Below are positions 1-14,245 of a DNA stretch of 64,000 nt, piece by piece; position 1 is the stretch's first letter, and every line of letters begins with the position of its first letter. Location: the NCBI RefSeq assembly GCF_006345805.1, contig NC_042998.1, positions 28,582,001 through 28,646,000 on the forward strand, in the 5' to 3' direction. The translations under genes were made by a program, and so were the position numbers. The DNA comes from Octopus sinensis (Eukaryota). Under the pieces are notes generated by a model. That model saw only the letters and a program-made list of their open reading frames with translations, ran no database searches and was not told where the DNA came from.

Positions 1-292
<292 letters not shown>

Positions 293-825
293 TATATTGG
301 TAGATAGATATAAAGATTGATAGATACGTGGATAGACAGGTGGAGAGAGAGAGAGAGGAACAGACAGATAGACAGACAGACAGACAGACAGATTCCTTTG
401 TACTTTCAATCTATTTATTTATGAATATTTTTTCGAGTTTGTAGGCGTATGAATCATTGTCTGCGATAAATATAAACACCATCTTCATCGCAGACAAGAT
501 GCGAAATTTTCAATGTCTTGTGTTTTGAGACATGAAATTTTCAATTTCTTGTGTTTTGAGACATGTCACATTTAATCAGAATTCGCTGAAGAAACCATTT
601 ACAGCATCAACAATCGTGACTGAGGACTTTCAAATTCTTTTATCATCATGCAAGTTGTTGTTTATCACTCATTAACATAATGATACTTTCTACTATAGTC
701 ACAAGGCCTGAAATTTTGTGTGGGGGGGGGTGTTTATTGGATCAACCCCAGAGTTCAACTGATACTTACTTTCTTGACCCAGACATGATGAACGACAAAG
801 TCGCTCTCGGCATAACTGAAACAAT

Positions 826-1165
826 GGGAGACCCCCTTCGGTCATGAATGACCATGGGATTGCACCTAGAAAGTTACCTTCCGAGGTACAAGTCCGGGCA
901 AGGTTGTTTATGGAAGACTAACATTCACCCATGCATACCAGCCTCCCATCTCCACGCCACCGATGTTATCCAAGGGAAAGGCAAAGGGGCCGATACAGAT
1001 TGGCACCAGTGACGTCGCAACTCATTTCTACAGCTGAGTGAACTGGAGCAACGTGAAATAAAGTGTCTTGCTCAAGAACACAACACACAGCCCGGTCCGG
1101 GAATCGAACTCACAACCTTACGATCGTAAGCTCGATGCTCTAACCACTGAGCCATGCACCTTCAC
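826..1165 (-). mobile_element. tRNA-headed SINE (family D)
   Basis: Minus strand starts GAAGGTGCATGGCTCAGTGGTTAGAGC...GAGTTCGATTCCC (A/B boxes) followed by TTGAGCAAGACACTTTATTTCAC body; diverged relatives at ~39715 and ~61160. Confidence 0.75.
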
Positions 1166-1580
1166 AACTCAAACAATATTAGGCAATTATTGACAACATA
1201 TCACGATATTGGCAAGACATCAGCAACTGGAGACTTCACCGGCGATTTAAGATTTATTGTGACTGAACAAGGGTGTATATAATGCAGGCCTCAGTGATTT
1301 CCAATATCTTCATGTCTAAGTATTTTTCTCTATATAAATATTCCATGTTTGTTTGGCACCCGTTTCTCATAGTTATGTCAAATTATATATTGTTTACATT
1401 TTGGTGAAATTCCAGATGATTATTATTTAGGTTCTCAAGAAATATCACGCTTTCCAGATTACGTAACACTCGTACTAATTAATGTTTATTTTGAAAATGA
1501 CTTAGTTGGAATACGTTTTATTTAGTTCGACTGTTCGTTTTTGCTTTGAATGGTACCATTACCATTTATGTTATTATTCA

Positions 1581-2455
1581 TACTAGGTGGTATCAAAAGA
1601 TTCCTGGAATAGTTATGTTTAGCCGCCCCCCCCCAAAAAAAAATCAACTTATTTACCTAAGTTTTAGCATCATCTTCGAAATAGTCGCCTTGTTCAGCAA
1701 TACACCGATCCCAGCGTTCCTGCCACTTTTGGAATCCGGCCTGAAAGTCGTTAGGGTTAGGGTTTTCCGTAAGCGAGTAGAGGACCTTTTGCGATTCGCT
1801 CTTGATCTCTACAACGGTATTAAAACGGCAACCTTTGAGCTGCATTTTTGTTTTCGGGAAGAGATGGACGTTCGCAGATGCTAAACCTGGTGAATAGGGT
1901 ACATGCGGAAGCGATGCCATGTTGTTTTTGGCGAGAAACTCTTGAGTGAGGACAGCTGAGTGACAGGGTGCGCCTTTGTCGTGAAGAATTCAGTTCTTCT
2001 TGATCCACAGATTCGATCACTTTTGCTGGATGTCTTCCCTTAAACGCTTCAAAGCGTCGCAGCAGTACTCTCGATTGATGGTCTGGCGGGACGAATTCTC
2101 GATGCACAATACGACGGATGTCGAAAAAGACGATGAGCATGCTCTTCATTGAGCTGTGGCTCTGTCGTACTTTCTTGAATCATGGTCAATGTCTTTATCC
2201 CGACTTTCTTAGTTTAACGCAAACTTTCAACTTTGGCTCTGTTTCAACTTCCTGTCCATGACAAAATCGCTGCCTACAGCATACACGTGATCGCAAAAAC
2301 ACGAATTTCACAACTTGCGGTGTAAACACAGCGATACCACTCGGCACACTGCCTCATAAAGGTCACTGATAGCTCTCACTGCGCACACAACCGTGTACTG
2401 CCATCTGTTGGCGCGCTACAGAACTAATCCGGGAACGGTTTAATACCACCTCGTA
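1581..2455 (-). mobile_element. Internally deleted mariner element with transposase remnant
   Basis: TA-flanked imperfect TIRs (TACTAGGTGGTATCAAAAGATTCCTGG vs revcomp TACGAGGTGGTATTAAACCGTTCCCGG); ORF fragments KSMLIVFFDIRRIVHREFVP and HVPYSPGLASANVHLFPK...FQKWQERWDRCIAEQGDYFE match mariner catalytic and C-terminal motifs; frameshifted. Confidence 0.9.
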
Positions 2456-3271
2456 TGTAGATAGATTAGCCATAAAGTAAGTGATCATTAGACAAGTCTG
2501 TAAATCTCAAATACTACAATAATGTAGCGGTTCTTTCTTTTTTTTTTATCTGTTCTTCTAATTGGTTAGTTATATACATAGATACCTCATTTACTTTCAG
2601 ACATGTGAAGACACGTAGCTATGCTGAGATTTCAAGAGAGAAAAAAAGGGCCTTGACTCATTAGTCCAAATCTATTATTCGACAATTCTGAGAATATAAC
2701 GACTCGCCAAGCTACCAGACGTTAGGTACCACAAATGCAGAATCCCAACGTTTTAAAGTTAAAAGACAAATTTTGTAAATCAAAAAATGGTGATGGTGTG
2801 AATTGATTGTGAGAAAAAGTATAAGCTAATTAAACAGTTGTAAACATCTTCCATCGTGAATATAAAAAAATTAATATGATGCTTGTTTGAACTTTAGGAA
2901 TATAATCATAATGTAGACTATCAAAAAATTATATGAGGCAAAAGAAATATGCATTATTATTGACGTTATGAGGAAACAAACTCTGCTATGGAACGGTAAG
3001 CTATAATTTTGATATCCATAATCTAGCGTTGCCCGACCAGACAAATTTTTTGTATTAATTTTTGTTGGTGTGAGAAAGACAAATTATATAATTACCGAAA
3101 CCATAGATAAAAACATAGAAATCGGATTAATGTTTGTATATAACGTCTATGAATTCTTAATTTCACTTACGTTTGTATCACCAGGTGTAAGTGTCTGGCT
3201 AAGCATGCGCCTTGCAAAAGCTACAGACTGGTGCCGGAAATGTTCCAGTTTCAATTCCTTTTCTTCGTGAG

Positions 3272-3505
3272 ATACCTATTTCTTTACTACCCACAAGGGG
3301 TTAAACACAGAGAGGACAAACAAGGACAGACAAACGGATTAAGTCGATTATATCGACCCCAGTGTGTAACTGGTACTTATTTAATCGACCCCGAAAGGAT
3401 GAAAGGCAAACTCGACCTTGGCGGAATTTGAACTCAGAACGTAACGGCAGATGAAACACGGCTACGCATTTCGCCCGGCGTGCTAACGTTTCTGCCAGCT
3501 CGCCT
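3272..3505 (-). mobile_element. SINE family A with LINE-like 3' tail
   Basis: Revcomp of GGCGAGCTGGCAGAAACGTTAGCAC...GAGTTCAAATTCC...CCCCTTGTGGGTAGTAAAGAAATAG. Confidence 0.85.
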
Positions 3506-3835
3506 TTCTTCGTGAGATTCGGTGAGTTTGCTTTAGATACGCATGCAAATTTTGATGTAGATACGTTGAGAAATTGCCGAATTCTTTCCGAACAGACAAA
3601 CATCGGTGGTTATAACTAAAGAATAATAATTACATTGATCTTTGACATTGTAGATTAATTAAATGTAAATACAGGTGACATTGAAAATCTATTATTGTAT
3701 TTCATCTCCGCGTGGTCAATAGTTCACCTTTTGCGCAAACTCTCTCTCTCTCTAAAATCACCATGATTAGCAAATCAATAATTTTAGAGACGGCAGCGTT
3801 CAATATAAACTTCTGTAAATGAAATATGGTATCAG

Positions 3836-4210
3836 TGGTACTCCGTCAGTTACGACGACGAGGGTTCCAATTGATCCGATCAACGGAACAGCCTGCTCGT
3901 GAAATTAACGTGCAAGTGGCTCAGCACTCCACAGACACCTGTACCTTTAACGTAGTTCTCGGGGAGATTCAGCGCCACAAAGAGTATGAAAAGGCTAGCC
4001 GTTCGGAATACAGGCACAACAGAAACAGGAAGAAAGAGTGAGAGAAAGTTGTGGTGAAAGAATACAGCAGGGTTCGCAACCACCCCCTGGCGGAACCTCG
4101 TGGAGATTTAGGTGCTTTCGCTTGATTCACTCTCACGATTCAGGGAATCGAAACCACGTTCCTATGACCGCGAGTCCACTGCCCTAACCACTGGGCCATT
4201 GCGCCTCCAC
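3836..4210 (-). mobile_element. SINE family B (tRNA-like head)
   Basis: Minus strand GTGGAGGCGCAATGGCCCAGTGGTTAGGGCAG head; body homologous to 32328-32705 and 44010-44342. Confidence 0.85.
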
Positions 4211-4229
4211 ATGGTATCAGTATTCCAAA

Positions 4230-4645
4230 GGCGGCGAGCTGGCAGAAACGTTAGCACTCCGGGCGAAATGCTTAGCGGTATTTCGTTTGCCGCTACGTTC
4301 TGAGTTCAAATTCCGCCGAAGTCGACTTTGCCTTTTATCCTTTCGGGGTCGATTAAATAAGTACCAGTTGCGCACTAGGGTCGATATAATCGATTTAATC
4401 CGTTTGTCTGTCCTTGTTTGTCCTCTCTGTCTTTAGCCCCCTTGTGGGTAGTAAAGAAATGGGTATTTCGTCTGCCGTTACGTTCTGAATTCAAATTCTG
4501 CCGAGGTCGACTTTGCCTTCCATCCTTTCGGGGTCGATTAAATAAGTACCAGTTACGCACTGGGGTCGATATAATCGACTTAATCCGTTTGTCTGTCCGT
4601 GTTTGTCCTCTCTGTGTTAAGCCCCTTGTTGGTAGTAAAGAAATA
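4230..4645 (+). mobile_element. Dimeric SINE family A with 14-bp target site duplication
   Basis: Head at 4230, two body+tail units; GTATCAGTATTCCA at 4214-4227 and 4647-4660. Confidence 0.88.
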
Positions 4646-4799
4646 TGTATCAGTATTCCAGCTACACGTATTTGCTTTGCTCAGATGATAACTGAATGAT
4701 TTGCCTCACAAAATTGTCTACGTCGCTTACGTCATTCCACTTACGTGCAATGTGCAATTCTTTCAGATAATTTCAAACCCGGATGATGCCTCACTTCAA

Positions 4800-5180
4800 C
4801 GGGGCTTCTGATTTTCTTTACTTGTTTCTGTCGTTGGGCTGCGGTCATACTGGGGCATCGTCATGAAGAATTTTAGTCGAACGAATCGACTCCACTACTC
4901 ATTTCTTTTTAGCCTGGTTCTTATTTTATTGTACACTTTTGCCGAACCGTTAAGTTATGGGGGTGTAAACACACGACATCAATTGTCAAGCGGTGGTGGG
5001 GGACAAGCACAGAGACAGACAGACAGGCATGCAGACAGACACACATACACACACTAATAAGGCTTTGGTCGATCCGAAGTTATAGTAGACAACACTTGTT
5101 GCTCAAGGTGCTATGCAGTGAGTCTGAACCCAGAACCCTGTTGTTGGGAAGTAAACTTCTTACCACACAACCACCCCTCC
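4800..5180 (-). mobile_element. SINE family C (diverged copy)
   Basis: Homologous to 7025-7440 and 55145-55555. Confidence 0.7.
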
Positions 5181-6481
5181 AATGTCACTTATTTCAGATT
5201 ACTTCGCACCTGTTTGATGTCTAACTTCAATGGAGTTTCTGATTATATTTTCAAAACATTTGTTCCGCTCGGTTTAAAGTCTCACTTGACCACAAGTGGC
5301 CTGAACTCTTTACATGAACACCACCCTGTACATAACTCCATGTCCCCCTACATGGCCTTGCTTTTTGCTTTTTGAGCCAAAAATTAACTAACTAACTAAC
5401 TAATTAACAACTATCACTTCGGCCCTTTTCTTAGTCATAAGCCGCCATCAAATCTAAGACCATATAAGGCAATGCAGCACACGTAAAACTGAACAACTTG
5501 TTAAAACAAATCACTGCTCTTGTTATCAGCAAAGTTTCTGATGTTACATTCTGAGAAATTGAATGTGAGGTTTCTAACACAGTGGGGCATTAATTCACAA
5601 GAACAGTTGCCAATTGTGGCCAAAAAAGGTCCGTTGTGTGTGTACATATTTTTCGTTCTTTAGTCCGCAAAAATGAATAACCACGTCATCAACCAAATTT
5701 TCTGTCATGAGAGCAGCAACGAAATATCTCGCCTTTTCGGTTCAGGAAAGCACTCAGACCGTGTAATTCTTTTTCTTTTACGTTGATTTTTCTCTCGGCT
5801 AAGCAAAGTTTGCAACTTCTACTTCCATTCAAATATGGCTTAGGCTGTTCTAATAGTTTCCATTGTATTTTGTACAGTGTTTCTTCTTGTTAACACCTGA
5901 ACTCAAAAAGCGAAATATTTGGTTGCTACCCTCTCCATAAAATATTCCTTTTCGCGATCTTGATGGTCACTCGGTTTTTTTAGACAAGAGTCCGGAAGAC
6001 ATGTACAGACGCACACTTCTCCCCTTCATTACAACTACCGTCTCTAAAATTACTGATTTGCTAATAATGGTGATTTTAGAGAGTGAGAGACATTGCGAAA
6101 AAGGTGAACTATTGATCATTTACAACTGGCATTGACCCAGAGGAAGCAACTCGTCTTTCCCTCCAGGATAATTCTATAACTTTTCATCACTTTTCGTCCT
6201 GCTTATGAGCACCGGGCGGACCAGGACCATATATCCATCTCCAGCATACAAGAGACTATGTGCTTCAGATCAACATCCAACGTGTCTGAGGAGTCGTCTG
6301 TAGTTCAAAGTGCAATAGTCGATGCGAAACGGTCTGTAACATTCTGATTGGTTATATGCCACAACCAGGAATATATTGCTTTACAAAATAATAGTGTGTG
6401 TGTGTGTGTGTACAGGGAGAGAGCGCGGAGAGAGGTACATACATACACACACACATATACATACATACATACATACATACA

Positions 6482-6512
<31 letters not shown>

Positions 6513-6616
6513 GTGTGTGTGTGTGTGTGTATTCCAAAATGTAACTGTATGTGGATTGTTGGCGATATTTTTTCTCCGTCTTCCTTTCCTTTTCTATTGG
6601 ACTTTCCCCTGTCTCC

Positions 6617-6653
6617 TGTTTCTGAATAAGAGGTTTCCTCGAAACGTAAAACA
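6617..6653 (+). ncRNA. Degenerate minimal type I hammerhead motif
   Basis: TGTTT-CTGAATA-A-GAGG/TTT/CCTC-GAAACGTA-AAACA: stems I and II pair, core G8 mutated to T. Confidence 0.5.
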
Positions 6654-6976
6654 CCGTTCCTTTCCCTCCCTTAGCGTTTTTTTTTTTAATACTTTGCATG
6701 AACTAGGTCCTCGCGTTGTTGTTTTTTTTCCTTGTTTTTTTTTTTCCTTCGTTACCCACAAGAGTAAACAAGAGAGACAGAGACAGGCAGAAACAGGGAA
6801 AATGCCCCTTGTATTTGAATACTATTCAAATATTCTTTTAAAAACTTTTCATTTAATTTTTCCAAAATTTAATTGTTTTCCATACTTAGAGTTGAAAAAG
6901 TCTCAATGACTGAAATCGGTACTAAAATGTTTTTTATGATAAAATTATTTTAGCATTTTCTACCTTGACTTTTTTC

Positions 6977-7024
<48 letters not shown>

Positions 7025-7027
<3 letters not shown>

Positions 7028-7440
7028 TCTTTTACTCTCTTTTATTTGTTTCAGTCATTTGACTGCGTCATGCTGGAGCACCGCCTTTAGTCGAGCAAAT
7101 CGACCCCAGGACTTATTCTTTGTAAGCCTAGTACTTATTCCATCGGTGTCTTTTGCCGAACCGCTAAGTTACGGTGACGTAAACACACTAGCATCGGTTG
7201 TCAAGCGATGTTGGGGGGACAAACACAGACACGAAAACACACACACACATATATACATATACATATACATATATACGACTTGCTTCTTTCAGTTTCCGTC
7301 TACCAAATCCACTCACAAGGCATTGGTCGGCCCGAGGCTATAGTAGAAGCCACTTCCCCAAGGTACCACGCAGTGGGACTGAACCCGGAACCATGTGGTT
7401 AGTAAGCAAGCTGCTTACCACACAGCCACTCCTACGCCTA
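7025..7440 (-). mobile_element. SINE family C (tRNA-like head, internal TA/CA microsatellite, GAGTAAAA-repeat tail)
   Basis: Minus strand GGAGTGGCTGTGTGGTAAGCAGCTTGC...GGGTTCAGTCCC head; more than 12 copies in window. Confidence 0.88.
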
Positions 7441-8329
7441 TGTATATATGTATGTATGTTTGTAAAATTGCAGCTGATACAACATTAAACAATCGAATCT
7501 ACCATACTGTTATACGAGGAAGTCCCCGTCCTGCTAGAAATACCAGTCAAATCTCTTTTACATAACACACACCCTATTGCCTTACATGAAAAAAGGAGAC
7601 ATTAGATAATGTAGCTCTTTGGAGTGTATTTCATAGCGTGTTTCTTGGATCGGAATGAATTTAGGTCAAACAACAAGTTTGATCAAGCACTATAAAGACT
7701 ATGTCGTTTATTGTTTCTTTAGAACTTACTTTATCTTGAAAATAATCCTTTACAGGTGTTAAAAGAGATTAAAGGGCGTATTACCCGGTTACAAAAGAAC
7801 AGCCGATCGCAATCTCCATTGTTGATTACACTGTAGCGTTTCAGCTAGATTTTGCAGCAATTTTATGACGTGAAAAGATACTAAAATTTAGCTTAATTGG
7901 ATTCCATTTGAATTTTACGCATATTCAATTTCGTTTCCTTTAAAAAAAAATATTCCGTTTGCCTTCTCTGCTAATTGAATTCAATTACGATTTAAGTGAA
8001 CGTCATTGTATTTAATTTTAAAGTAGGGATAAATTATATGCAGATGGTCTAAATGAGGTTTCCGATATAGGAATACGGCAACTTCCAGAACATCGATCCT
8101 TCGGAATCAGCAATCGTTAAAACCAAAGCTAAATTAATTATAATCTTCTTCTATATGTTCTCTTAAAAGTATCCCTGGAATGCGATACATTATTATGCTC
8201 ATTTTCCCATTAAACTATCACTTTCAATAATATTACATTTAATAAATTAAAATATCGAAAGAGATACTGTCTAAAATGTTGTATTGTTATAAGTAAAAAT
8301 GATATTGTCGCGTGGGTGTTGTAGTTTTT

Positions 8330-8459
8330 GTCTTCTTCTTCTTCTTCTTCTTCTTCTTCTTCTTCTTCTTCTTCTTTCTTCTTCTTCTTCTTCTTCTTCT
8401 TCTTCTTCTTCTTCTTCTTCTTCTTCTTCTTCTTCTTCTTCTTCTTCTTCTTCTTCTTC
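8330..8459. repeat. (CTT)n microsatellite
   Basis: Direct reading; explains the poly-K/E/R/F/L/S ORFs here. Confidence 0.98.
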
Positions 8460-8925
8460 CAATCAGGACTCACGCCATTAGCCCCAAAGAATAATCTCTA
8501 ATTCGAGCCTACTCCAAGCTACTAAGAATGCGTGCGGCAACTTGAAGATCCACCCGCCACACGCGATAGACTGGCGGTTGCACGGGCGCGAAAGCTACGT
8601 TGTTATCCCCATTCCGTAAACGGTGGCTTTTTTAACGGGTGGAGAGCTGAACCATCCTGGGGTACAGAGGATTCGCAATCTAGACTAGGGTCTGAAAGTT
8701 TACCACACCATAGCGAGTTACACCATGGTTCCTCTGCTTTGTGGCAGAAGTAGGAAGAAAGAGTGAGAGAAAGTTGTGGTGAAAGAGTACAGCTGGGGTC
8801 ACCACTACGTCGTGGAGCTTAGGTGTTTTTGTTCAAATACTCACAATGCCCTGTATGAGAATTGAAACCGCGTTCTTACGACCGCGAGTCCGCTGCCCTA
8901 ACCACTGGGCCATTGCGCCTCCACT
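8460..8925 (-). mobile_element. SINE family B head with an alternative tail ending in (GAA)n
   Basis: B head at ~8745-8925, then a GC-rich unrelated body ending at the (GAA)n run. Confidence 0.6.
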
Positions 8926-9544
8926 GTAGTTGTTGTTGTTGGCTGGCTGTTGTGGTAGCTGATTGAGTTAATGAATGAGCTACGTAAAGAAGTAACTGAA
9001 CGATACCCGCGAACATTTAACAGAAGATTTTATTAACACACAAAAATACAAACTGTGTTGGCATTTTACATATAACAACAGGAATAATTACATCCCGGGA
9101 GAGAAATACCGCTTGGTGTTTACGGCAAGCTGTGGATGCAGCAACATACGGCTTGCTCGGCATAACTGGAAACATTTGTGCTATATTCGTGACAATGGAG
9201 GTTCCTGTCGTCTATCTACACCACCTATGAAGCAGAATTACTGTCACGTGGCTCTTAAAAATGCTCGTCGAACGATTTTTTTAGGAGACAAGAAATCAAA
9301 TTCTAGAATGGTCGCGCAAACCTGTCCATATAACTTCACGCTGATTGCTCAGTTAATCGACCGATCGCGTGAAACTATGGTGGTTTGTTCGTGATGTCTG
9401 ATTGCGTATCCAGAGATTCGGTTTCGAATCCTCGCTACAATATTATTTTCAACGAGAAGAAATGTATGTAACGGAAGCCCGCAATATCAATATATGCTCC
9501 ATTTTGTAAGCACCCACATCGATAGAGACAATGTCTGTAATGTT

Positions 9545-10165
9545 TTCTACTCTAGGTAAAAGGCCCGAAATTATTGGCGAGCGGACCAGTCGATTAGATC
9601 GACCCCAGTACGTAACTGGCACTTAATTTATCGACCGCGAAAGGATGAAAGGCAAAGTCGACCTCGGCAGAATTTGAACTCAGAACGTAACGGCAGACGA
9701 TAATACCGTTAAGCATTTCGCACGGCGTGCTAACGATTCTGCCAGCTCGCCAACTTATAAACAAGAAATATTCTTTTCTGATCTAGGCACAAGAGCCCGA
9801 AATTGTGGGGGAGGCGACAGTCGATTAGGTCAATCCCAGTACGTAACTGGTACTTAATTTATCGACTCCGAAAGGATGAAAAGCAAAGTCGACCTCGGCG
9901 GAATTTGAACTCAGAACGTAGTGGCAGACGAAATACCTATTTCTTTATTACCCACAAGGGGCTAAACATAGAGGGGACAAACAAGGACAGACATAGGTAT
10001 TAAGTCGATTACATCGACCCCAGTGCGTAACTGGTATTAATTTATCGACCCCGAAAGGATGAAAGGTAAAGTCGACCTCGGCGGAATTTGAACTCACAAC
10101 GTAACGGCAGACGAATTACTGCCAAGTATTTCGCCTGGCGTGCTAACGTTTCTGCCAGCTCACAG
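9545..10165 (-). mobile_element. Cluster of SINE family A copies (monomer plus dimer)
   Basis: Repeated revcomp A body; tail/GGTATTTCGTCTG junction at ~9925-9945. Confidence 0.85.
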
Positions 10166-11469
10166 CCTTAGGCAATATCCATAAGACGGAGAATGATATC
10201 AAACCATATATAAATATCTAAAAGAAATATCAAATATCTTTGGTAATTCTTTTGTTAATATCTTTGAGTCATAAATTTAGGGTTGAAATCTCTTGAGGAA
10301 ATCTAGTTGTGCTCGCATTGACTGTTGCTTTTATACTTTCGCACACTTAGTATTTTTCCAGTATCCAATTTATTATTTCATATTTATAATTTACTTTCTT
10401 TTTAACGCGTCAAAGAAAAATAAAAGGTACTATAATGAATATTTTGAATGTTTTTATGAATATTGGAAATTTAATATTTCGCAGTAGTTATTCATAAAGA
10501 AATTGGTTTATCCTCTAAATCTGTTAAAATTAGAAAGAAGAGAAAATTGATTAAACTTCAAACATACAAAAAGTTTTAATGAAAAATAAACCATTTGGGA
10601 ATATAAAAGAAAATATTACCCGATTTGAGAACTGTTTAACCAAAATCATTCAGATTCATTGTGAGAGAGGTTAGAAGAAATACTTCTCGCTTTAAAGCAA
10701 AATCAGGTGATATCGTATCACAAAGAATGTAAACTATTATTTTGGACAGCATCTATTGATGAAGCAATTAACTCAGAAACAAAGAGGATAATTGAGCCTT
10801 TGTTCCAACGATTGACTGAACAATAAAATTGAAATTTTTCTCAGAATAGAAATATCATTTCTATAAATGGGTGGAAAATAATTATCCTCGGAGAATCACA
10901 ATCTTTGATTGGTGGAACTAGTCTTTAGCATGTGAACATTTCTTCAATTATTTGATTTCTTTATGTTTGTTTAAATTGTTTGTTTTCTTTTATCGTGTTT
11001 TCTACTAGCCAATCTCCAAAGATAGCAAATTGAATAATTATACGAAAAAATATTTTACATTAAGGGAGATGTTCCATTTTAAAAATCGTTATAGAAATGT
11101 TTATTAAGTACAACTATGTTCAAAACTATGGTATGTTATTATGCGACTTTGTTCAACATAATAATAGTTTCTTATTTCCGCGAGATAACAATAAAGGTAG
11201 TTTGGTGCACGGTTGTGAGCACATAAAAAGAACTCAGATTTACTTTGTAAATATCATGGTAGATATCTTCAACGGATATAACATTTGGAGTACAACGTAG
11301 CATTTCAAATTTCTATCACAATTATTTTACCACCAACATCAGCAATTATTCCCGAAGTGAAAACATGTAGCCAGTCACCGATATTACTTGTAGCACACAA
11401 TCTTACTAAATAAACACGAAATACAAGAGTTGGACAAAATAATGGAAACACCTTAAAATGTCAAACAAA

Positions 11470-11861
11470 TCTCTAAATATATAAAGCTGAAGTTGTCTGT
11501 GTATGGGAGGTTTGGTAGCCTTCAACTAACACTATCTCCTCCAAGACCCTGCGGTGCAAGTTGACCAAAATTAAGAGTATGATAGAAGAAGGCTTGTTCT
11601 TCCTTCCGTAGAAGAAAAAATTCAAATTGGACCATGTTAACACCAAAAATTATTTACATCAAAAAGGTGCTTTTTTTCTATGAAAATCCCAATTTTTTAC
11701 GATATTTTGACTGCTGTGTCGCCATTTGTCGGTGTATTTCAACCAGAAAAATGTTCACTTAAAGAGAATAACAAGCTACATAATGCAACATTTTTACTTT
11801 TCAAAAATTCCAATTCTAAATGGTAGAAACAAACCCGAGCAACGCCGGGCGATACTGCTAG
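11470..11861 (+). mobile_element. Non-autonomous Helitron nested in Tc1
   Basis: 5' TC...ATATATAAA, 3' GC-rich hairpin CCCGAGCAACGCCGGG then CTAG, inserted between A and T; near-identical to 31476-31863. Confidence 0.8.
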
Positions 11862-11867
11862 TTTATT

Positions 11868-12690
11868 TTAATATGAGGTAGGACCGCTTTTGGCAGTAAT
11901 TACAGCTTGAATTCTGTGAGGTATGGACTCGTACAAAGTTTGAATTGTTGCCAAAGAAATTTTCGTCCATTCTTCAGCCCGAACAGTCTCCAGTTCTTGT
12001 TGTGATTATGGTGGAGGATATTGTCTCCTTATTTGTTTTTCTAAAATGCACCATAAATGTTCAATAATATTGAGATCTGGGGGCTGTGGTGACCAGATAA
12101 GATGTTCAACTTCACTAGAATTTTCCTCGTGCCATTCAGTAACGACTTTTGCTGTGTGAATTGGTGCATTATCATCCTGAAAGATTGCGTTTCCCTCTGG
12201 AAACAGTTCCGCAACCATAGGATGCATTGGATCAGATAAGATACTTAAATAGTTTTCACTATTAATTCTGCTTTGAAGGGAAGACATTGGGTCGGCGGAT
12301 GTCCAAGATATAGTCTCCCAGATCATCACAGATCCTCCTCCCTGATTAACAATTGGAACAAGGCAGTCTGGGTGAAATGCTTCTTTTGGCTGTCTCCACA
12401 CGTATACTCGGCCGGTGGTGGTCGGAAATAGGGTAAAGGATGATTCTGCAGTAATTTTGGGAGCTGTACTTTTGTGATCCTTTCTAACAATTCGCGTAAG
12501 AGTCCGACGGTCCCTATCTGAAAGTTTTGGTTTTCTTCCGGAGCTTTTTTTCCTCTTTCTCAAAGCCTTTCATTACTTTCGAGACAGTACTTCTTGATAC
12601 ACCAAACATTTCGGCTGTTTTCGTTACGCTAGCGCCTGCCATACGAACACCAACAATTTGACCTCTTTGAACGTCTGATAGATCTGTCAT
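11868..12690 (-). pseudogene. Tc1 transposase (frameshifted, internally deleted)
   Basis: MTDLSDVQRGQIVGVRMAGASVTKTAEMFGVSRSTVS (HTH), GGGSVMIW, IFQDDNAPIHTA, WSPQPPDLNIIEHLW motifs. Confidence 0.9.
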
Positions 12691-13384
12691 TTTAATGAAT
12701 TTTAATTACCTTTTGCTGATAATAACTGAAAAGAAACAGCAATTTTAGCAAAACCTATTAGCAACACTAATGATTAATAAAAAAACACAAAAATAAATAA
12801 GCTTTTGACGGTTCTATAGATATTTCAATATTATGATGCTATGATGCTAGGTGTTTCCATTGTTTTGTCCAACCCCTGTACATTGTATTTTTCTAGAGTG
12901 TCGATCTGGCATCTTCATTTTCTTTACCTCTATTAAACCATGTTTAAAGTAGATTTGGGTATGAAAATTTGATATTATTTGTCCAGTGTGTGTTTGTATC
13001 TGCTACGACTGTAGGGAAACCTGTGAAACATAAGCAAAAGGCATGGTGCACGCCGATACTAAGTCATACTCAATTGCGAATGGTGACGATGTGCTATTTG
13101 TCTAGAGGCAAAACAATCTGCAGATTTCATTCACAAATTATCGGTCACTACGAGAATATATTTAAAGACATTTGCCTGAAATATTGCGCAATGACATTGA
13201 ACTCAGAGTAACATAGTTGTGAAGAAAACAGCCGTTCCTGAATCTAGAGATATTTAGTAAAGAAATAATTGTACTCTTCGGTATTGCATTCAGGCCTCTT
13301 ATTCTCGTGAAGCATGTATAAGGGTGTGTGTGTGTGTGTGTGTGTGTATGTATTTGTAAGTATAACACACGTATAAATAGATAG

Positions 13385-14245
<861 letters not shown>

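Larger units (their letters stand above)
11422..12880 (-). mobile_element. Tc1-family DNA transposon
   Basis: TA-flanked TIRs TACAAGAGTTGGACAAAATAATGGAAACACC and GGTGTTTCCATTGTTTTGTCCAACCCCTGTA. Confidence 0.92.

Noticed and set aside
2598-2662. Putative exon after TTTACTTTCAG (HVKTRSYAEISREKKRALTH*)
   Set aside because: Single acceptor-like site, no homology or partner exon visible; the same applies to the candidates at 29896-29987 and 51893
4230-4645. Repeat-spacer-like tandem units (possible CRISPR) and tRNA genes at SINE heads
   Set aside because: Eukaryotic SINE multimers without unique spacers; heads keep A/B boxes but do not give full cloverleaves and run into SINE bodies
5405-6010. 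Possible pogo/Tigger remnant
   Set aside because: TIR and protein similarity too weak to support
6282-6340. CTGAGGA...GAAACGGTC hammerhead-like string
   Set aside because: Stem I does not pair, stem II has a 2-nt offset and stem III is not palindromic
9021-9230. Open frame containing GLLGITGNICAIFV (GPCR TM1-like GxxGN)
   Set aside because: No start codon, stop follows soon, no further TM motifs or clear splice sites
10560-10830. Coding-looking AT-rich stretch (EEILLALKQNQVISYHKEC)
   Set aside because: May be a transposase fossil but is too short and broken to assign
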